From assembly GCA_964016885.1 (NCBI GenBank), contig OZ024743.1, forward strand, positions 314,588,001 through 314,652,000: a stretch of DNA of 64,000 bases, written 5' to 3'. The notes beneath the pieces are model-generated. The model was given only the letters and a program-made list of their open reading frames with translations, was not told where the DNA came from and did not search any database. Below, piece after piece: positions 54,844 to 64,000 of the stretch. Numbering within the stretch: the stretch's first letter is position 1; each line of letters opens with the position of its first letter. The position numbers were made by a program, and so were the translations under genes. Origin of the DNA: Eledone cirrhosa (taxonomy: Eukaryota).

Positions 54844-54919
54844 CAATTACACACTCACACACACTATATATATATATATATATAAATATATATACATACA
54901 TATATAAATACACCTACAC

Positions 54920-54957
<38 letters not shown>

Positions 54958-54964
54958 CACTTAC

Positions 54965-55355
54965 GCATGCATCGTCAAACATTGAAAAAACAAACACCGC
55001 AACCGGTTGAAAACAGAAGCAGTGGCGGTGGCGACAGTGGCAGACAGCGTGTGCGCACATCGAGAATATATATATGAGAGAGTGAAAGAGAGGGAACGAG
55101 AGAGAGAAATGAGTGAGTGAGAGTAAGAGCAGTCGTGGTTGGGATTAATGCAAAAGGAGAGAGAATGATGGGAAAGAGGGAATGAGAGAGAGAGTGAGAG
55201 AGTGAGTGAGGGGCTGAGTTGTGAAACAAAATGTAGAAGTGTGTGTGTGGGCACGAAATGAGAACATGTTGTAACGCCGTCTCTTCGTCTTCTACAAAGA
55301 TGTGAAAATGCAACACTGAGGGAGAAATTTTCCACCTGTTCTGGGTGTCGGCTAC
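54965..55355 (-). other. Candidate non-coding (5' UTR) exon of a host gene
   Basis: Unique, CpG-containing and CT-rich on the minus strand, ending at a consensus donor GC|GTAAGTGA (54964-54957). No expression evidence. Confidence 0.3.
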
Positions 55356-55508
55356 TTTACACACACACACACACACGCACACACGCACACACACAAACAC
55401 ACATAAGCATACACACACATATACACATCAATATATACATATGTATATAACATATATATTTTATATATTTTAATATATAATATATATTTATATATTTACT
55501 TACATATT

Positions 55509-55550
<42 letters not shown>

Positions 55551-56740
55551 AAAGTATATATCTAAATACATGCATATACATAAACACAAATATATCTATC
55601 TATCTCTCTCTCTCTCTATATATATATATAAAAACTATATATAGATATATATGTATGTATGTCTGTATGCATGTATATTTTTCCAATGTGCAATGGGAAG
55701 GATCGTGTTGGAAATTTTACCCCTTCAACCTTCAGCAAAAGTTCGCAGGAGCAACAGTAAATGGTATTGATAGAGCATGGCATCGATATTTAAAGAGAGA
55801 GTGAAGGTGTGAATATATATATATATATGTGTGTGTGTGTATATATATATACATATATATACATATGTATATATGTCAACATCAGTATGAATAACAAAAA
55901 TACGACGGAACAATTACGAAATGAACCATCAGTACAACAACTGCTGCTATTACTACAGTATCACTACTAATACTGTCACTACTAATACTGTCACTACTAA
56001 TAGTACTACTATTACTACTAATGATACTATTACTACTATTACTACTACTGCTCCAATCCGGTGCAGGGTTTTTCACATTAACATGAACAATTAAGAAAGC
56101 GCGCAAGAGAAAACAAACTCTATTTAAGAAACTAAATTTTTTTTAAAAATGACAACAATAACGACAGCAACAACAATGATATGATGATAGAACGGTGATG
56201 ACAATGATGACGATGATGATGATGATGGAATTAACTACTGCAAGATTAGATAACGCGAAAACTTGAAAATTACAAATAGATTTTCCAAAACGTAGACATT
56301 GACACATAAACACATACTTACATTCGCTTTTGTAACGGTGCTCACACATTGATATATATATATATATATAGCCAAATGATGTGCAAAACCACGGGATTTC
56401 ACATATAGACACACAGATACATACACATCATCATCATCATCATTACCATCATCATCGTCGTCATCTTGATTACGAGGGATGTCGACGCGTGCGTGTGTGC
56501 GTGTGTGTGAAAAACGAGAAGATACCGCCAGTGTATTCATATAAAACAGGCGAACACACGCACTTTAATAGGTGTGTTTGTTCGAAATAGTTCATAAAAC
56601 CACACACACACACCCACACACACCAAAGACTACCTGCTGCATACGCACACGCACGCACACCGACACAAACAGACATATATATTTCAAAGGATTATCATTA
56701 TTATTATAAAGGTAGAAAAATTCCACAAAAGTGAAAGTGA

Positions 56741-56782
<42 letters not shown>

Positions 56783-57284
56783 ATATATATTTGTATATAT
56801 GTGTATATATATACATGTATATATTTTAAAAAATACATTGGTTACATATACTTGCACAAATTTACCTATACAAATGCATATATACACACTGGCTAATATG
56901 TATGTATATGTTGGCTAGTCAACAACAGTACTATGTATTTATACACACGTCCATGCACATATGCGCAATCAATGATAAGTGGTCAAACAGAAAAGGGAGC
57001 AACAAAAACAAATATATATATTTCGAAAATGTAAAAAAAAAAAAGGATATACATATATATATATAATGATGATGATAAGAAAAAGAATTCTAAACGTTAA
57101 AAAATTTTATTGATAACAAAAAAATATTCATTTCAAAATTTTCTAAGGGTTGGGTTTTATTTAAATATTTATATGGCCCCTATCCCCAAACGTACCTTAT
57201 TTGTATAATAATTAATATTTGTATGAAAAGACTTCAAATAACGTTTGCGAACCAAACGTTTCATCTGTGAGTTATATCTATCTA

Positions 57285-57337
<53 letters not shown>

Positions 57338-58324
57338 GTGTATGTGGTGTATATATATTTATTTTACGTAAAACCCACAATGAACAACATAGATTCGAAA
57401 CTCAGCTAATTGCCATTACAGAGGACTAAATACATGTTACAAAACCAAAGAGAGCTGGTTTTAACGCTACACATAGACGGATTGGTGACGTCTCATTCGA
57501 CAAAGCGCGTAAGTTTACTCTTCTTAATTTCACATCAATGTCCCTTTTCTTCGCTTTCATTACTGTTGTTATTATTGTTGTTGTTGTGGTGGTGGTTTCT
57601 TTTACGCTGTTTAAGTCTTTGTCAGACTGGATATAAAAAAATTCTATGGTCAAAAGAAATTCGAAACAAACTCGTTTTTTTTAGGAGCATTTAGGACTTG
57701 ACTATCTAATGTCACTTTTAAGACGTCGGAATGGGATTTGACTTCGATTTTGGTAATATTTCTATAAGATTGAGAGCGTTACAATCATTTTCTTCATCTT
57801 TATTATTAAAGTTAGCATTGTCGAGTTCAATAAAATCAAATGTATTTCTTCAGGTAAGTGGGAACAGAGATTCTTTTCTAAAACTGACCTGATGCAAGAT
57901 CAGATCACTGTTCTACAACAAATACCCTTGGGAATGTCAACCGACACAGTGTAAATATATAGGGCCACGTATTCCCTTATGAATAAATATTGTGCTTGTG
58001 CGTACTTAAAAATTAACATAGACTGTTAAGCACACTTAAGGATTTACTGTTCGCATATAAATAAATATAAATCCTTGTGCTTACTTGTAAAATATAATAG
58101 ATCCATGTGGAGAGTTTATAATAATGAAGTAAATTAAAAGATCTAAATACATTAAATTATATATATTTTATTCCATGTTTTAACGAAGAGTACAGTGAAA
58201 CTAAAACCATTAATATTCGCTAACTTTATTTCGAGCTTGTTACAATAAAACACACACACACACTCACAAAGAATCAATTTTCAATTGAAATAAGAAATCA
58301 CTATTGTATTATGTAGTATAAGTT

Positions 58325-58425
58325 TGCTGTCCGTTACGTTCTGAGTTCAAATCCTGTCATGATCAATTTTGTGTTCCAAAATTCTGGGTTATAGAGTACT
58401 TACAACTCAATTACTGGGTCGATTT
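58325..58425 (+). mobile_element. Old SINE fragment
   Basis: TTACGTTCTGAGTTCAAAT...CTGGGTCGAT. Confidence 0.55.
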
Positions 58426-59133
58426 ATGTTATAGACAATAATTACTTAACATTAATATACCACCGAATACTTCACATAACACTATCGACTTAGCAATAGT
58501 TTAGCCTGCTCATCAATAACGTGTCTTAATTCGTGCTAATTAATCTGTTTTATTTATAAAGGGTAAATGAAAGGAGGAGATGATGCACCCATGTCCCCTA
58601 CACAGGGCATCATTAACAAATGTGAGCAAGGAAATAAAGTATTCACACAGCAAAGACCGGTTAAAATATATACAACAGGGTGATCTCCGTAAAATATACC
58701 CATGAACCAAGGCGTTGGTGTTAAACTCGGCATTAATTTAAGACTACCAACCAAGATTTTGCTTCGTATACTATAATTTACTTTTGTGTGAGGTACATTA
58801 ACATGCATCACATAATGCAAGCAACTTTGAGGAATCGAATGTCTCGTGGTGAACACGATGGCTACTTTAGAAGATTCATATCATTTAACTTTTTTATAGC
58901 ATCAATACTTTTTCTTTTGAAATTCAGGATTGTTAAGAAATAATGTGTTGACGCTCTATATATCTGAATTATTTTGACAATGTAATAAACACAGTTTTAT
59001 GAAGTCTTATATCTTATTAATTGGATTACTACATTGGCATGGGCCTACAAAGTTTAACCAACCAAATAAAAATCTCCTCGTTATCTCAATATATATTATA
59101 TATACATATTATATATATATATATATATATATA

Positions 59134-59171
<38 letters not shown>

Positions 59172-59359
59172 ATAAATAGATGGCAGTAACAGTTGACCAG
59201 TAGTTCTGATAAACAATAGGGTGAAACATGTATTTCAGGTAACTGTCACTTATTGGTATGAAATAAAATAATCTCTTTATGCTACGTATAAATATGTGTT
59301 ATCAGATTATGTTTGAAGTCTGTAAAACATATACCAGTACATATCTTACAATTAGATTA

Positions 59360-59448
<89 letters not shown>

Positions 59449-59731
59449 TATGTGTGTAAAGTGAAAACTCACTGACTATTGATCGAAACCTGTTCGCGCT
59501 GACAGTTCACAGTGGTTCACAGTGTGCTTACTTCTCTCACTGTAGTTTTTATTACACTATATTGATTCGCAGCCTAATATTGAGGAGAGTCTCTCTTAGA
59601 AAGCCCAGATTAACAAGTAGTTTTATTTCTCAGCAGTTTTCATTTCACCTACCTATTGATGAGATACATGGAAGCGGTATTTGAATAAGAGTTGAATCGT
59701 TCGAAAGTTAAGCAAGCTATTTTCCTGTGTA

Positions 59732-59768
<37 letters not shown>

Positions 59769-59791
59769 GTACGTATGTGTGTGTGATTAAG

Positions 59792-59849
<58 letters not shown>

Positions 59850-60859
59850 AGAGACTTGAGCCAAATTTCCGTGAAAGATTGAAAGCCGGTATTAGCACTC
59901 ATGGGTGAGTTTCTGGTTTAAAACCGTGTGACATTAATCTAGCAATAAAATTGTATATATTACTGAAACTAAGGTTCTCAGCCCATTTTCTGACACTTCT
60001 CAGGGTCTCAGTGACTGGTGGAGGGGCGTATATTCAGGGCGGAGACTTGGTTTAAATTGCTTACGGCCGAAGGAGGTCCACTCAATGCGCCCGAAGGACG
60101 ATTGGTGGTCTTAAATTCGGTAATATAATATCTCTCACCAATTAAGTCCACTAAACAGATTTTGTTGTTTTTACTATTTAGTCAAGGCACAGATAGGCAG
60201 ATTTCGCAACACTTTTTATTGTCTTCGATAATGTGACATAGTGAGAGAAAATCCAAATGCTTTCGAGGGAATGCACACTGTTAAACGATCCGATAGAGAA
60301 GTTAAACTGGGCGATGGGCAAGAAACTTTCAGAAAAATATGTCACCAAATACTCATTTATCAGTATTTTAAATGTTGGTGTAGCAGAATCTTTAAATATT
60401 AAAACTATCGCTAGTTTTACATTCCTTAAGATATTCATGGTACAATGGTCGTCGTTGTTAAGCCACAAATTATTGTGGTTCTATATACGTTCGAGTGAAT
60501 GACAAGATAGCCATAAGTGGCACTGGTTTGATCGTAGTTAATAAAAATCCTGGATCGCTTAGGGTTAAACAGCATCATTATAACCATACTTGGCACAGTT
60601 TTAAATCATCCAATTCTACCAAACAAAATTAAAATATTTTCTGTTACATTATCATATTATTGATTTGTGGGTTCATATCGCGCTGAAGACAACGTTCATA
60701 CGTCAATTGACTATAAGACAGGTAGGGAGCAGGTTTTGGCATAGATACAATAGATAACAGCGTCTACCATATATGGCATTTATTCAGTCAACTACAGCTT
60801 TTTGACCACACACGTCTAACTCTGTGAAGACGCATGATATTCTTATTACCAAAGTTGTA

Positions 60860-63030
60860 GATTGGCAGAATCGTTAGAGCATCAGATAGAACCCCCACCC
60901 CCACCCGACCTACTTTGCATTTTATAATTCAGCGTAAAAATATAAATTACCAATCAAACACCGAGGCTGATTTTTTCGATTACTCCTAACCCCAAAATTG
61001 CTGGCCTTGTGCCTATATTAGAATTTATTATTATTAGTCCTATTCTTAATTTTAAGATGGTATAGGGCGGTGGGTTGGCAGTATCGGTAAAGAGTCGGAC
61101 ACCATGGTTTGCAGCTTAGAGTTACGGCCCTTTACAGTCTGAGTTCAAATCACGCCAAGGTCAACTTTGCCTTTCATCCTTACAGGGTCGATAAAAAAAA
61201 GCACCAGTAACGTACTGTGGTCGATTTAATAAACCCCCCCCCCCCCCCCCAAAAAAAAAATTACTAGCCTTGTGCCCTATACTAGAAATCATAACTTTGC
61301 CTTTCATCCTTACGGGGTCGATAAAATAAAGTACCAGTAATCTACTGTGTAATTGCTGGCCTTGTGCCAAAAGTAGAAACAATTATTAAGATGGTATATT
61401 GGCAGAGAGTTTGAAAATCCGTTACCATATTTAATCAAGCTCTTTAGAATCTGAGCTCACACCCAGGCGTGGTTAGCTTTGCCTTTCATCCTGAAAGGGT
61501 CGATAAAATAAAGTACCAGTCACGCACTGGCTCGATTTAATCGACTTTCCCCTCCCCCAAAATTGCTGACCTTGTGCCTATATATGAAACCATTGGCTGA
61601 GAGTGGTGAAATTGCTTTACACTACTTGATGAAGCTCTTTACGATCTGAGTTCAAATCTCATCGAAATCAATTTTGACTTTTATCGTTCAGTAGTCGGCA
61701 GGAAAATACTAGTTTATTATTGGAGCCGGTATAATGTCACTCTTCAAAAGAAAAAAAAACAAAAAGAAAAAAACAAGAAAAAGGCAGTATCTGATTTTGT
61801 GCCTACATTATATATTATTATCATTATTATTGTTGCTGGTCTTGTGAAATAATCGGTAGAATGCCGGTTACATTAAATTTACTTTCAAATTTCGAACTTC
61901 ACCGACACTAAATGTATTAGTCATTGTATTGCGTTCGATAACCTATATTACTGGTCAAGTACTGTGTTTCATTTGATCTCTTATACACATTTTCAACGTG
62001 AGACATGATATCGATGTCTGAAATCGATATATAAATATATTGATATTGTACTCGATTTTCAAAATCTATAGTTGAAACATTATTATTATCCAGAACAACA
62101 TTATTTTTCTTTATGTTATTCTCGGCGTTGTCTATATGTGTACCAGTAATTTCTCGGGTCAATGCGATGTATTAAATCCATGTAGTAAAAATGTTCGTCA
62201 TATTATGTCAATATAAGAAATTATTATTACAGGTAGTAATTATTATGGATTGTCAGACTTAAAAGAACGTCGGAAAAATACTTCGCAGTATTGTTCTGGC
62301 TTTTTACATTCTGAGTTGAAATCACACCAAGATCAAATTTGTTTTCTTTCTTCCCGGGTCGATAAAATAAGATACGAGTTAAGTCAATATAATCGATTTC
62401 GTCCTCCTAAACACACACATACACACCAATTGTTCACCTTGTACCTAAATTAGAATCATGTGGATTGACAGAAAGGGTAGTAGATTGGCAGTATCGGTAG
62501 AGGATCGGACGCCATGCTTTGTATCATAGAGTTGCACTCCTTTACGGTCTCAGTTCAAATCCCGCCGAGGTTAATTTTGCCTTTCATCCTTCTGGAATCG
62601 ATAAAATAAAGGACCAGTAATACAATTGGATAATTGCTGGCCTTGTGTAAAAAGCAGAAAAAATTATTAATAAAACATTATGTGAGACAATCAGTAGAAT
62701 ATCGAAAATATTCCATTTACCTTCTGAGTTCGAATTTTGCCGAGGTCAAAAATACATACAACGATTTAGTATTTAGCGTTCACGTTTCAAATCCTGCCAA
62801 AAACGAATTGAACTCTAATTTATAACGCGTACTTATGTAGCTACGAGGACACGGTCGATTTGACAACAAGTTTCGAATCAAATCCTTACATTCAGGCGAT
62901 TTAGTGTGAGAAAGTAGAGAGTGTTCGAGTTAGTTCAGCACTCTTAGACTTTTTAGTTCAAGTCACGTTTTGATGAAACTTGCCGTTCATTAATGAAAAA
63001 GGCACCAGTTATGCTTTATTGTTCATTCAG
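60860..63030 (+). mobile_element. Cluster of about 9 co-oriented SINE copies and fragments (best preserved: 61065-61388, 61400-61595, 62483-62670)
   Basis: Repeated TGGCAG, GAGTTCAAAT and CTTTCATCC..GTCGATAAAATAAAG family motifs. Confidence 0.85.
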
Positions 63031-64000
63031 TCAACTAGACGACTTTATGAGAAGTACGTCATATATTGACAGAAGGAATTAAATTTATTTTCCAAATCAT
63101 ATTATCTAATGTGTCGCTCCTTTTTTCAAGACAACCGAATAAAATTTAGTGTGGATATAGTCGCTATAATTAACAGATCTGCTGATCAGGTAGATCAGAG
63201 TTTCCGAAAACGTGTTTGGACTACAGCCCCTTTTCTTAGAGATTATATTCCATCAGCATCTTCCGTTGAAATTTGATACAAATTCATACCTTGAAAATAG
63301 TTTTATCTAAGCATATGTTGAATAAAGAAAAGGTATCAAATTTTAGAGCAACTACTAATTTTCATTTTTCGTCACCTTCCTCCCTCAACACTCCTTGATT
63401 TCCAACTATTATTTACGGCCATATTGGCTCTCAGTTCTCTCTCCTCTTGAATCTCCATACTTCCTCAAAGAGATATTATCGCTTACTTAGGAAAACACTG
63501 TTCTACAGAATCATATTTAGAACGCGCCATTTACAATTCTATAAATAGTTATTTTTCTTATCACCGTATAAGTACCAACATTTGGTGATATTATAAAAAA
63601 TCTACCAACTATAAACAAAATATTTCAGTACATGGAGGTTAGGAAACGATTCAATAACAGAACCTCCTAGCTGATTTACATCTTCCCTTGCTTCTTATTT
63701 TTCTTTCCTTTTTCATGCTTATTATGCCTTCCTTAAGTTTAGCCTTCCTTATATAAATCTGTTATTTTATTTTTATCTAAATTTTTTATATTCACATGTC
63801 TCTGTATATCTTGTTTTATTTTTGTTTCTCAACTGTTAGAAGTACTACATAATTCCTGAGTCTGCTATGGCTTACTAGTTCTATGCGGATGTTTAAGTTG
63901 ATTACATTGATAAATCAACGTTCTTTTGGAAAATATATATCGTTCCAAACCGCTTTTGGAATCACTGACGTAAATGCTCTCATATGACCCGGTTTTGAAT

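Noticed and set aside
59196-59246. CTGATAA...GAAACATGTA hammerhead-like string
   Set aside because: G8 is lost without compensation, stem II is only 2 bp and there is no stem I; at best a relic.
58554-62162. Non-repetitive ORFs at 58554-58856, 60178-60468, 60257-60502 and 61917-62162
   Set aside because: Short, with no recognisable domains or convincing exon structure; compatible with chance.

Overview
This is AT-rich animal DNA made almost entirely of (TA)n/(CA)n microsatellites and transposable elements. The SINE families and repeat landscape suggest a coleoid cephalopod such as octopus (inference). I find no intact host protein-coding gene, and nearly all listed ORFs are microsatellite translation artefacts. 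Recognisable elements include several Penelope-like elements (PLE; RT and GIY-YIG remnants) and a decayed full-length Tx1/L1 LINE. There are also two RTE LINEs (one 5'-inverted), a non-autonomous Helitron, a hAT MITE and about 20 tRNA-derived SINE copies. The main hidden signal is about 20 type I hammerhead ribozyme (HHR) motifs from at least 10 unrelated sequence families, found by eye on both strands. Three sit in non-coding, terminally redundant 457-470 nt units that look like retrozyme or circular-RNA monomers. Others show U3-A8 core covariation, long or branched stem II, palindromic stem III, fold-back duplication, or interruption by a SINE dimer. HHRs in PLEs and retrozymes are known in general; activity of these particular copies is untested. 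Ribozyme coordinates were counted by hand and TE boundaries are approximate.
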